Below, in pieces: positions 22,506 through 34,476 of a stretch of 64,000 bases of DNA. The notes below the pieces were generated by a model, which was not told where the DNA came from, did no database searches, and saw only the letters and a program-made list of their open reading frames with translations. The DNA comes from Squalus acanthias (lineage: Eukaryota), in the NCBI GenBank assembly GCA_030390025.1, contig CM059432.1, forward strand, positions 137,270,001 to 137,334,000, written 5' to 3'. The translations under genes and the position numbers were made by a program. The stretch's first letter is position 1. The number at the start of each line of letters is the position of its first letter.

Positions 22506-23153
22506 TAGCTGCTGCCAGCGCATCTACCCACTTGCTTGCTGCAGTCCCAACCTTCTGTGTCGATGCGTTAACTGTTGTCATGGCAAACTTTACTTGCTGG
22601 AGTGAACTCATGAGAAAAAATGGTGAGAAAAGCGGTTTATAAAAGTCTACCCGTGTATTAACATACCACACGCACATGTGTTTGTTGGTGTGTGCACATT
22701 TTAAAGCTTTGCTGAACGCTGTCTGTGAGTTAATCTGTTGAAATATATCATTTCTTTTTCAATGCAGCAGATGATCCATTTTGTAACACTGTCTCTGAGC
22801 ACAGAATGAATTTCATTTGCGTTTTTATTTTTTTTACTTTTTTTTTTCTAAGCTGTAAATATAGCCAGACAAAAGGCAATTTATGTAAGAGGAATTAAAT
22901 CACTAAATCGGGGAGGGGGGTAGGGGGTGGGGGGGGGGGGTGCGGTGGGGCGAATGGAGTCATAATGAAAGTCTTTTTTGGGGGTTTTGCCTTCAGCATT
23001 TTTGGAACAGACAAAATTCAGCTTCATTTGTCCCAAGTGGTCTCAATTTGACATTTTTTATGATGGCAATTGAGAACTGAATCACTGAATATTTTTCATT
23101 GCCTCAACTCCTTTCTGTGATTACTTTTTTAGTCAACCAGGTGCCGGTGACAT

Positions 23154-23726
23154 AGGAGCAATTTTAACCTAACCCGCCCATCGGGCAGCTGACGGGATCG
23201 GGTACTACTACATTCGAATGACGGGAAAAGCTTATAATGGGATGTCTCGTTAGGCTATCCATTCGAAGGCCTCCTGAGTGGAGAAATGAGGTGCTTCCCG
23301 CTGCAACAGATCTCAGTGGGCAGGTTGATGTGATGTGTTCCATGGTCTGGGACTCATGGCCACAGTCGCACTTCAGGTCGTCCCTCATCTTCCACAGATG
23401 GCCGCATCGCCCATGTCCTGTGCGGATTGGGTTGAGCGCTGTCCTCTGCCTGGGAGGGAGATCAAAGCCAGGGACCTCTGCTGTTGGGTCAGTGATGAGG
23501 TGTTGGTTCTTCATGTTGCATGTGTCCCACGATTCCCTCCATCTGGATAGTGGGTCGATACCAGCTGCCTGAATATTGGCTGCTGTTTCCCAGAATGGTT
23601 TTACACCCCACCCGATCGAACTCCCGCTTGAAGTCAACGTAGAGTAATATTGGGCGGGGTGTTAAACCAGTGTTGCCCCCGATCCCATGGGTTTCCTGCC
23701 CAGCCAGTTAGGTTCAAATTACCCCC
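23154..23726. mobile_element. MITE-like element hosting a LINE fragment
   Basis: Imperfect termini GGAGCAATTTTAACC / GGTTCAAATTACCCCC. Confidence 0.5.
23240..23600 (-). mobile_element. Non-LTR retrotransposon C-terminal fragment, Vingi/Ingi-like
   Basis: PGFDLP..LN.IRTGHGRC..CDCGHESQTMEHITSTCP (CCHC knuckle). Confidence 0.65.
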
Positions 23727-25199
23727 ACTGATTATAAGCTACAAATCAACCCTGCTACTTCCAAATGTGGGAGTAACCATTGTCCTTGCATTCCAGCTAT
23801 CACCTATACAATGGTTCTTCAATTTAATGGGATACATTCTTCCTTGGAGGAATATCAACGCACATTTTTGAAATGTCATCAAAATTCTATATCTCTATGA
23901 CATTAATTTGCTGCTTATATTTGCTTACTTTTTTCAGCTCCAGTGAACTAAAGCAATCAGGTCCTATAACCAGCCCTTTAATCAAATGGTATTGACCCAT
24001 TGACACCAAGCAAAACACTCAGAAAGTGTTTGCCTTGTTATAAAAGTTGGTGTGCCACATTACTTACTTTGTTAGCACATGTGGTTATGGCTGCTGAATT
24101 TCCCATATGTGGTAACTGTCAGATAACTGATAAAGTGCATTGAGTTTTATTTGCAAGAATGTTTCTAACAAAGAATTGCACCACTATCTACCACAGTTTG
24201 GATCAATTAACAAGAGTTAAAATGGGACTTGCTCTTACTTTAGGTGGGGTCTGTGTGTGTACTGGAAACATCTGCTGTATTAACATAGGCTTAAATGTTT
24301 AAAAGAGCAAATGGGCCCATTACTATTCATATAGCCCACTATTTATCGTTCATGATCCCAAGTGTTAAAAAGACAGCTTTGTCAAGCCTTTGCCTCACAA
24401 CTGCATAACAAAGACTGACATTTCAATAGTACTGTCATAAAAATGGATGCAAGTCCAGTTTTGAAATTCAATTTACTCCAGCCAACATATTTAGTCTGAA
24501 GATAAGCCATTCCTCTGGAACAGCCTTGTCTTCCAACTCAAAGTTTTAAAGGAACATTTTAGCCACACTGTTTAAAATACGGGCAGTGTACGGATGTGCG
24601 ATGTTTTGATGAGAAGGGCTAGCCTATTTTTGTCCTTTATTTTAATCAAGACATTGTGAATCTTCCTGTGAGTACTCATGCCTCTCATCGGTTTATCGAT
24701 GTTCTTGTTCAATTCACAGAGGGCACTCATTTCATGTCATTCTTCTCACAGGACAAAACAAATATCCAGTGCTCCAATTGGTCATTGCAAATAGGTGACA
24801 ATTGGATTAATACAGCAGCCTCTTCTAAAGGCCAGTCACCTGTGTATGAGGACTACACTGTGTTAATACGTTTTGTTCTGACATGTTGTCGGATGATTTT
24901 GAGACGTCGGGCAGAGATCAAAGCACTGAGTCACTCGGGGGAGGGAGGCGGGGGGCGGTTTTGATGAACAGCTGTATCAGGGCCTATCAGAAAGGACATG
25001 GCCAATGACTAGCTGCGGTCCTCTGTGGCCAGAAGCTTTTAGTGAGGCCGTCTCTAGGGCTGGGGAGTGGCTGAGATCGCCCGTCAGTCTATAGCCAGAG
25101 GGACCAGGCTATTCTGACTCTGTGACAGTGTTTCACAGTGTAAGAAGTAAGGTACCATTTTCAAAGATCAATGCACTTTGAATGATGGCTGAAGGAGAA

Positions 25200-25480
25200 T
25201 TACATAGAATGTACAGCACAGAAACAGGTAATTTGGCCCATCTGGTCTATGCCGGTGTTTATGCTCCACACAAGCCTCCTCCTACTCCTCTTCCATCTCA
25301 GCCTATCAGCATATCCTTCTATTCCTTTCTCCCTCATGTACTTATCTAGCTTCCCCTTAAATGCATCTATACTATTCGCTCAACCACTCCGTGTGGTAGC
25401 GAGTTCCACATTCTCACCACTCTCTGGGTAAAGAAGTTTCTCCTGAATTCCCGATTGGATTTAATGGTGGCTATCATATA
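25200..25480 (-). mobile_element. CR1 3' fragment
   Basis: Homologous to 39265-39545 and 52785-53040. Confidence 0.8.
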
Positions 25481-25779
25481 TTTATGGCCGCTTTATTGTT
25501 TTTGACATATCGAGGAGAATAGTAAAGTTTGCAAACTACCCTAAATATTGTGCTAGATTTTCCTGGTCCTACGCCCGAGCATTTTGGATTAAAATTAATG
25601 GATGGAAAATTGGACGGGTTTCCTGAAGGGCAAGTGCTCTTCCCTGTACGGTTTTCCTGTATTTGCTGCACCCAGGCGATCTATTATGGCCAAGCACAGG
25701 ACCGGGATAGTATACCCCATATGGTTTGGTACTGAATGCTGTTTCTTAACCTGTTTCTTGACCTGTTTCTTTACTCTGC

Positions 25780-26170
25780 TGCCCATATCCTAACTCACAC
25801 CAACTCCCATTCACCAATCACCCCTGTGCTCGCTGACCTACAGTGGCTCCCAGTCCAGCAATGCCTCAATTTTAAAATGATCATCCTTGTCTTCAAATCC
25901 CTCTATGACCTCGCCCCTCCCTATCTCTGTGTAACCTCCTCCAACCCTACAACACTCCGAAAGCTCTGGAATTCCCTCCCTAAACCTCTCTACCTCTCTC
26001 TCCTTCTTTAAGACGCTCGTTAAAACCTATCTCTTTGACTAAGGTTTTGGTCACCTGTCCTAATATCTCCTTATGTGGCTAGGTATTACATTTTGTTTGA
26101 TAATCGCTCCCGTAAAGCGCCTTGGGATGTTTTACTACATTAAAGGCACTATATAAGTGCAAGTTGTTGT
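25780..26170 (+). mobile_element. L2 LINE 3' fragment
   Basis: ITPVLADLQWLPV..FK, LWNSLP; tail AAAGGCACTATATAAGTGCAAGTTGTTG. Confidence 0.8.
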
Positions 26171-26447
26171 TAAATAAATTGACTGTTGGTTTATAGTCTA
26201 AACCTCAGCCTGAAAGATTGTAAACTTATCTGCCTACCGTAGATGAGGGTAGCATGTGGTACATTCCAGTAAACTGGAGCTATGCTAAACGTTCTCTCTG
26301 TGATGCCTGGGTCTCACACTTCTGTTTACCTGGATATTATACAGGTAAAGGCAAACCAAGTCATAGGAGATGCAAAATCCTATGGAGGTGGTCGGTGATG
26401 CTGAATTCAAGTAAACTATCTGGAATAAAACCTTAAAAGGTAAGAAC

Positions 26448-26610
26448 CAACGTTCCCGCTAAGCTGCGCTGGCCGCGCAGCGGTCTGGAGGTACCGCGCA
26501 GGCCACTCACCGGCTTTTAAATGGAAGAAACCTCGCATGCACAAAAATTTGAATGGGCCGCGTAGCCAGTTAAAGGGACAGCGCACGACAAAAAATTAGA
26601 GGGAGCATTG
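26448..26610. mobile_element. hAT-type MITE, 163 bp
   Basis: TIRs CAACGTTCCCGCTAA / TTAGAGGGAGCATTG; 8-bp TSD GTAAGAAC / GTAACAAC (7/8). Confidence 0.75.
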
Positions 26611-26939
26611 GTAACAACTGGGTAACGTTCGTGAGGCCCATGCCTGATAACTATTTGGTGTTTTTCATCCAGATACAGTAACACAAAACTGCTGTGTTCA
26701 AACCTTGCCATGAAAAGCTGCTAGGTGCTAACGCCACTAAAAGCATCCCCAGTACCCAAATTAACATTTACTGCTCGGCACTAAGTAGGCAGTAAGAACA
26801 ACATTCCATCTGAAAAAATTTCCCAATAAAGAGCATTTTTACAAGAAGTTATATAAAGTACCAGATATTTAATTTATTATTCCATTGCATTAAGAAAGAC
26901 CCTGAATTTGCACTATGGAACACGGACGTATAATAAGAT

Positions 26940-27245
26940 CATACATTTCTACAGCGCCTTTCAGGACCTCAGGATGTCCCCAAGTGCTTCACAGCCAACA
27001 AGATACTTTCGAAGTGTAGTCACTGTTGTAATGTAGGGAAACGTGGCAGCCAATTTCCTGATCCCGCAATGTGATAATGACCAGAGAATTTGTTTTTTTA
27101 GGTGTTGGTTGAGGGATAAATATTGGCCAGGACACCAGGGAGAACTCCCCTGTTCACCTTCGAAACAGTGCAATCGGATCTTTTACATCCACCTGAAAGG
27201 ACAGACAGGGGTTTGGTTTAATGTCTCATCCAAAAGATGAGATGC
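26940..27245 (-). mobile_element. DeuSINE 3' part
   Basis: Homology to 34625-34935. Confidence 0.8.
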
Positions 27246-27249
27246 TTAA

Positions 27250-27542
27250 TACAAAAGCAAAATACTGCGGGTGCTGGAAATCTGAAATAAAAACAGAAAA
27301 TGCGGGAAATGCTCAGCAGGTCAGGCAGCATCTGTGGAGAGAGAGAAACAGAGTTAACGTTTCAGGTCGATGACCCTTCGTCAGAACTGGAAAAAGTTGG
27401 AGATGGAACAGGTTTTTAAGCAAGTGTAGGGGCAGGGAAAGGGAGGAGGGGAGGAAAGAACCAAAGGAAGGTCTGTGATAGGATGGAAGGCAGGAGAGAT
27501 TAAGAGACCAAGGGGATGATGGTGCGAGGCAAAAGGAGATTG
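27250..27542 (-). mobile_element. Penelope-type 3' end (family 2) carrying a hammerhead motif
   Basis: Repeated at 34199-34330, 2368-2508 and 11885-11985. Confidence 0.75.
27352..27388 (-). ncRNA. Minimal type I hammerhead ribozyme motif, canonical core
   Basis: AGUU-CUGACGA-A-GGGUC auc GACCU-GAA-ACGU-U-AACU; GUU triplet, palindromic ACGU. Confidence 0.75.
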
Positions 27543-27544
27543 TC

Positions 27545-29430
27545 CCATTGCCATTGAATGTCAAGGGGCGGTGGTTAGACTCTCGCTTGTTGGAGATTGT
27601 CATTGCCTGACTCTTGTGTGGCACGAATGTTACCTGCCACTTATCAGCCCAAGCCTGAATGTCGTCCAGGTCTTGTTGCATGCGGGCGTGGACTGCTTCA
27701 TTATCTGAGGGGTTGCGAATGGCACTGAACACCGCACAGTCATCAGCGAACATCCCCACTTCTGACCTCATATTGGAGGGAAGGTCATTGATGAAGCAGC
27801 TGAAGATGGTTGGGCCATGGACACTGCCCTGAGGTACTCCTGCAGTGATGTCCTGGGGCTGTGATGATTGACCTCCAACCACCACAACCATCTTCCTTTG
27901 TGCTAGGTATGACTCCAGCCAGTGGAGAGTTTTACCCCTGATTCCCATTGACTTCAGTTTTACTAGGGCTCCTTGATGCCACACTCGGTCAAATGCTGCC
28001 TTGGTGTCAACAGCATTCACTCTCACCTCACCTCTGGAATTCAGTTCCTTTGTCATTGTTTGGACCGAGGCTGTAATGAGGTCTGGAGCTGAGTGGTCTT
28101 GGCAGAACCCAAACTGGGCATCAGTGAGCAGGTTATTGGTGAGTAAGTGCTGCTTGATAACACTGTCAACGACACCTTCCATCACTTTGCTGATGATTGA
28201 GAGTAGACTGATGGGGCGGTAATTGGCCGGATTGGATTTGTCCTGCTTTTTGTGGGCAGTTTTCCACATTGTCGAATAGATGCCAGTGTTGTAGCTGTAC
28301 TGGAACAGCTTGGCTAGAGGCACGGCTAGTTCTGGAGCACAAGTCTTCAGCACAACAACTGAGATGTTGTCGGGGCCCATAGCCATTGCTGTATGCAGTG
28401 CACTCAACCGTTTCTTGATATCACGTGGAGTGAATCGAATTGGCTGAAGACTAACTTCTGTGATGGTGGAGACCTCAGGAGGAGGTCGATATGGATCATC
28501 CACTCGGCACTTCTGGCTGAATATGCTTGCAAATACTTCAGCCTTGTCTTTTGCACTCACGTGCTGGCCTCCACCATCATTGAGGATGGGGATATTCATG
28601 GAGCCTCCTCCTCCTGTTAGTTGTTTAATGGTCCACCACCATTCACGACTGGATGTGGCAGGACTGCAGAGCTTTGATCTGATCCGTTGATTGTGGGATC
28701 GCCTAGCCCTGTCTATAGCATGTTGCTTCTGCTTTTTAGCATGCATGTAGTCCTGTGTTGCAGCTTCCCCAGGTTGGCACCTCATTTTTAGGTACACCTG
28801 GTGCTGGTCCTGGCATGCTCTTCTACACTCCTTATTGAACCAGAGTTGGTCCTCTGGCTTGATGGTAATGGTAGAGTGAGGGATATGCCAGACCATGAGG
28901 TTACAGATTGTGGTGGAATACAAATCTGCTGCTGCTGCTGATGGCCCACAGCACCTCATGGATACCCAGTTTTAAGCTGCTAGATCTGTTCTGAATCTAT
29001 CCCATTTAGCACGGTGGTAGTGCCACACAACACGATGGAGGGTGCCCTCAGTGTGAAGACGGGACTTCGTCTCCTCAATGACTGTGCGGTGGTCACTGCT
29101 ACCAAGGCTGTCATGGACAGATGCATCTGTGACAGGTAGATTGGTGAGGACGAGGTTGACGTAAGAAAACTACTAGGCACTTGGTCTAAGTGTTAAACAA
29201 AGCTTTAATCAACTGTTTTACAACATGGAGATCTAGTTGTGTCCTTCACTAGTTCCTGTTAAGAATGTCCTGCGCAAGCTGGGCCCGTGCCCGAGTATTT
29301 ATACTCTCCCTGGACAGCGCCACCCGCAGGCCACTCAGTATTATTTCATAAGTCATGAATGACAGGTTCATGTCAGAGGTCAAGTAGGTTTTTCCCTTGT
29401 GTTGGTTCTCTCACCACCTGTCGCAGGCCC
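27545..29430 (-). mobile_element. CR1-group LINE family B internal fragment (RT region)
   Basis: NYRPISLLS, AAFDRV, GVPQGS, FADD in ORF 27313..28959; homologous to 40611-41020. Confidence 0.9.
29157..29375 (-). mobile_element. Short solo LTR, 219 bp
   Basis: TGAC...GTCA termini; perfect 5-bp TSD GAGGT; interrupts the LINE; minus-strand TATAAA and ATTAAA. Confidence 0.8.
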
Positions 29431-29434
29431 AGAA

Positions 29435-29998
29435 CATTTTTTGTCTCCGTTTCCAGGCTGCAGCCAGCCAGATTGAGAAGAAGGGGGAGTTCAGAAAGAC
29501 CAGGGTGATGGGGGGCGGGGCGGGGGGGGGAAGAGATCGGAAAGACCGAGTCAGGGGGGAGATCGCATCTCGGGGGCAGGGGGATCAGATCACGTGGGGA
29601 GGGGAGGGGTTAACAGCCGATAACGCAGGGTGTGGGGTAGCAGGTTAGCTTGGTGGGTCGGTGGGGGGGGGAAGCACTCCTGCTCCTTCTGGCCCACAAG
29701 CAGTGCTGGAAAGGTACGTGCCTCTTCCACGCAGCAGTCCTCGTCTCCCTTTAGCTGCCGGGTTTCCTGAGGCCAGGGAAAGCCCAAAAAACCGCAGCCT
29801 CATGAAAATATTTAAATATAGGACCCGCCTCCCGAGAGTGAGTTGGTCACCTAACCCCTCCCACCACCCCCATCCCGCCTCTGTTAAAACCGGAAGTGGG
29901 TGGGCTCGAGGAGGGTTAGGTTCGAGTTTGAGATTTTTCAACATTTTAACATCGCACCCGACCCAATTCCACCTGTTTCTAGGAGTTAAAATTCCCCC
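29435..29998. mobile_element. GC-rich non-autonomous DNA element remnant
   Basis: Right terminus GTTAAAATTCCCCC; ATTTTAAC/CCCGCC motifs shared with 23154-23726. Confidence 0.45.
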
Positions 29999-30419
29999 TT
30001 TGAGTCTACAATTCCAACACTGGTAAAATGAAACTGGATTTTGTCAAGTAAATGCAGTTAGCCAGCACACAGGTGCTGGTCTCTTGGAAACCAAAGTAAA
30101 TGACTGCCAGAGTAAAAGTGGCTTGAAGGACTCCTGTTTTCGGCAATATTTCGTGCTCACTAATTAAACCGTGCCTCCCGTGATTTAACAGCTGCTTTAA
30201 ATGTTCTTATATTCTTAAATGGGGGAAATTAATGTTATATGGGAACGTGTTAAGTCCTGAGTAAATTTACACATTTCACATTGATTACTTCTTATCCATC
30301 AGTTAACGTGCAAAAAAAAGCATTGACACAGGGTCTGTGTATTAAACAGCATAATAAATATTTACATCCAAGAGACAACACACCAAATCATTACACGTTA
30401 ATGCACAATTCGCATATGC

Positions 30420-30800
30420 GCTGGTTCTGAAAGATTTTACAAGGGTATTAAGAGAAAGAGGGTGGCGAAGAATAATGTGGGCCCCTCAAAGGCAGATGCA
30501 GTAGATATTCTAATTGGAAATAAAGAAATGGTAGAGTTGCTAAATAATTACTTTGTATCATACAGGAAGAGTACCAGAGATTCGAGGGAAACTAAAAATA
30601 AATTAAGGAGAGCAACTTACTAGATTTAATGATTTAATAACATTTCAAAACGGGAATTGATATATTTTTGTTAAGCAAGGGTATTAAAGGGAATTGGAAC
30701 CAAAGAGGGTAAATGGAGTTGAGACACAGATCTGCCATGATCTAATTGAATGGTGGAACAGGCTCGAAGAGCTGAATGGCCTACTCCTGTTCCTATATTT
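30420..30800 (+). mobile_element. Decayed CR1 fragments including the 3' end
   Basis: GNKEM..LNNYF similarity to ORF2; 3'UTR GCCATGATCT..GAATGGCCTACTCCTG. Confidence 0.75.
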
Positions 30801-31199
30801 CTTCCTCTTTTTCCTATAAACCCTCTTTGGAACTACCTCAAGCCCTCCCCCCCACCCCCACCCCCACCCAACCCCCAGGTGTATTTCTCTGGGCTGGTGA
30901 TTGAGACTGAAAGTGTGATAGCATGGGTGAGGATGGGGCTGGTAGGGTAGGTGTGAAAGGGCACTGCCCACTTCTGAATTCCTCAACATCCTTCTCCCCC
31001 TCGGTAACATCTTCCAGTGATTCATATAGAGGGGAAACCAAGGGAAAGATTTTGGGAGTGTAGGCTGGTTTTGAAGCAGGCCAATCAGGTTATTTGTCAA
31101 TAATCTAGCAACCTCCTAACTTTCCTGACAAACCTGGCATCCAACTATTCCAACTCCCACAGAGCCAGCTGTCTAGCTCCGAAGAAACCGCAGTCCTTC

Positions 31200-31320
31200 C
31201 TCCTCTTATGGCATCAATAGTCTAATATCTGGGGGGGTCCTCCGCCTGTAGCCTGCGACTCGCCTGTTGTTGTGCACAGTCTTCTCCTGCGAGTGTAAAA
31301 GAGAACACAGGGCATGAGTT
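31200..31320 (-). pseudogene. Harbinger Myb/SANT partner exon-2 remnant
   Basis: Acceptor then EKTVHNNR..ATGGGPP, cf. 35860-35945. Confidence 0.5.
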
Positions 31321-31521
31321 CAACATTGACGGTTGGGCAGCGCCTCGTCTTCTGAAAGCTCCGCCCTCCCGCTTCTGACAGGGACTGAGGCCTACACAGC
31401 TCAAATGTTGGCATTTGGGGAGACAGGCTTATGTACCACACTCTGAGAGGGAGGGTTAGTCGTTACTTTTGCAACTTCTGCTGGCTGCTGAGGAGGATGC
31501 ATGTGTTACATTTGAGCCCTA

Positions 31522-32085
31522 TGTCAGTGTGAGAGCCATGGCTCAGTGGGTAGCACTCTCTCGCCTCTGAGTCAGAAGGTTGTGGGTCCAAGTCCCACTC
31601 CAGAGACTTGAGCACAAAATCCAGGCTGACACTCCCAGTGCAGTGCTGAGGGAGTGCCGTTTTTCGGATGAAGCATTAAACCGAGGCCCCGCCTGGCCTC
31701 TCAGGTGGACGTAAAAGATCCCAATTCACAGAACAACAGGGGAGGTATCCCTGGTGTCCTGGCCAATATTTGTCACTCAACCAACATAATTAAATGATGT
31801 GGAGATGCCGGTGTTGGACGAAGGAGCAGCGCTCCGAAAGCTTGTGATTTCAAATAAAACTGTTGGACTATAACCTGGTGTTGTGCGACTTCTAACATAA
31901 TTAAAAACAGACTATCTGGTCATTATCACATTGCTGTTTGTGGGAGCTGGCTGTGTGCAAAATAGCTGCCGCATTTCCTACATCACAACAGTGACTACAC
32001 GTCAAAAAATACTTCATTGGCTGTAAAGTGCTTTGGAAGAGCCTGAGGTCGTGAAAGGCGCTATATAAATGCAAGTCTTTCCTTC
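31522..32085 (+). mobile_element. DeuSINE interrupted by a mini-Penelope insert
   Basis: A/B-box head and homology to 34477-34950. Confidence 0.85.
31795..31893. mobile_element. 99-bp Penelope family-1 inverted mini-insertion
   Basis: Perfect 12-bp TSD AACATAATTAAA; left part matches 12713-12737, right part matches 20094-20170. Confidence 0.9.
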
Positions 32086-32572
32086 TTCCTACTTATTACT
32101 GAGGGCCTCGCTGAAATATAAATACAGCGCATGTAACACGCACATAAATTGAGTGCAGAGAGGGTTATCGGTCATAGGTACCTTACCTTTGCTGCTCTGG
32201 TGAAGTTGTTTATTATTTTCCGACACTGCAGATGGCTCCTGGGTGTCCTGGATGAGGTATTGCCTGCCACAGCTGTCTCTCTTCCATATTACTTTCATTT
32301 CCTTCTTCAGAGGTCTCCTGCCCCTGACACCAAACAGACGGTCCTCCTAGATTCTCCAAAATTCAAAGCTCTCCTTTTTGGCTTCACTGCCATTGCAGCT
32401 ATTCCCAGGACTCTCCCTTCCCCCAGATCTGCCATTGTCCCTTTAAGCAAGCAGTAGGTTTTATAGGCTGACGCTGCACCAGGTTTCTGCTTCTCCTTCA
32501 TCATTTTTCTCCCCTTACTAAGACACAAAAGTTTTATTCTTCACCCATCATGCTACAGTACATTGAATAAAT

Positions 32573-32820
32573 CACCACCTCCAAGTTCCCCTCCAAGTCA
32601 CACACCATCCTGACTTAGAAGTATATCGCCGTTCCTTCATCGTCACTGGGTCAAAATCCTGGAACTCCCTCCCTAACAGCACTGTGGGAGTACCTTCACC
32701 ACACGGACTGCAGCGGTTCAAGAAGGCGGCTCACCACCACCTTCTCAAGGGGCAACTAGGGATGGGCGATAAATGCTGGCCTTGCCAGCGAGGCCCACAT
32801 CCCACAAACGAATAAAAGAA
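32573..32820 (+). mobile_element. LINE family B 3' end
   Basis: Near-identical to 41477-41725. Confidence 0.85.
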
Positions 32821-33339
32821 ACCTCTAACTTTCAGAGAATGCGATGATAAAAGTTAAAGCAGCAAGGTTGTACAGCACAATAATCTCACAGAAGTTGACA
32901 CCGGCAGCAAGATAAACATATACATCTACATTAGTTCTGTTTACTCTTTTCTATTGTCAATTATTTCCTGCCACATCTGTGGATAGTCTGCCTCCAAGCA
33001 TCTGTCACTGTTGCCCCTTTGACACATTGACAGCAATGTGCTGTGAAGTGTCTTGGGACGTCTTTGCAATGTTGAAGACACTGTACAAACGCTGTGGTGA
33101 AGCCATGTCGCAAAGGATGCAGCAGCAACAAAGGCCTTTTTTTCAGCAGCAAGTAGTGTCATTAAATGCGATCTGTTCCTGCACCCATTAAAGATAGACA
33201 AATGGTCCTGTCAACTCCCGTCTGTTTTAGACATTATTTGATATTACCTATCAGTATGTAGCAAGGTCTGTCGCTTTTATGTGAAGTTATGGATACATCG
33301 ACTGGAGTTGAGAGAAGACATGCAGCTCAGAGTGTGTGT

Positions 33340-33605
33340 AGACCCCATGGCACTATTTCGAAGAAGAGCAGGCGAGTTCTCCCCGGTGTCCTGGGCCAAT
33401 ATTTATCCCTCAATCAACATCACTAGAAACAGATTATCTGGTCACTAATCCATTGCTGTTTGTGGGACCTTGCTGTGCGCAAATTGGCTGCCACGTTTCC
33501 TACATTACAACAGTGACTACACGTCAAAAAGTATTTAATTGGCTGTAAAGTGCTTTGAGACATCCTGCGGTTGTGAAAGGCGCTAAACAAATGCAAGTCT
33601 TTCTT
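33340..33605 (+). mobile_element. DeuSINE 3' part
   Basis: Homology to 34680-34945. Confidence 0.85.
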
Positions 33606-34198
33606 TAAAAAAAATCACCAGACATGCTGGATAGACAGACTGAAGTCACATGGATTAGAGAGAAGGAAGTGGAGAAAGAAAAATAGCACGGGAAATAGTT
33701 TCTTGATGATACATTTTGTGCCATGGTCTGTTATATCCACCTGAACAGGCAGGCAGGGCCTCATCTTAATGTCTCATCCATAGGCGGCACTGCCTCAGTA
33801 TCAACTTGGAGTGTGTGTTAGAGGGACACTTGAACCCACAGCCTTCTGACGCAGTGGCAAGAGTGCTATCAACTGAAGTTGGTGGTTGCATTCATCTGGT
33901 ATCTTATTAGGTCATGAAACACTTTGAAGCACTTCACACAACGAATCAATTACTATTTGGATTGCGAAGGTTCTTGTTATGTTGACAAACACGTCAGCCA
34001 ATCAGTATCACCAATGTCCCACAAAGGGCTAAGAGATGAAAGAGGATGGTTTTTGAACATAGGAACAGGGGGAGGCCATTCAGCCCCTTGAGCCTGTTCC
34101 GCCATTCAATTAGATTATGGCTGATCTGTACCTTAACTCCACCTAGCCGCCTTGGTTCCATAAGCCTTAATACCCTTGCCTAACAAAAATCTATCAAT

Positions 34199-34328
34199 GC
34201 AAAAGCAAAATACTGTGAATGCTGGAAATCTGTAATAAAAACAGAAAATGCTGGAAATACTCAGCAGGTCAGGCAGTATCTGTGGAGAGAGAAACAGTTA
34301 ACGTTTCAGGCCGATGACCTTTCGTCAG
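34199..34328 (-). mobile_element. Penelope family-2 tail insertion truncated at the hammerhead core
   Basis: TSD AAAAATCTATCAAT (34185-34198, 34329-34342; 12-14 bp depending on boundary). Confidence 0.85.
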
Positions 34329-34476
34329 AAAAATCTATCAATCTCAGTTTTGAAATTTTCAATTGACTCCCAGCCTCAACAGCTTTTTGAGGGAGAGAGT
34401 TCCAAATTTCCACTACCCTTTGTGTGAAGAAATGCTTCCTATCATCAGTGTCTACCTAACATCAGTACCTAACAAA

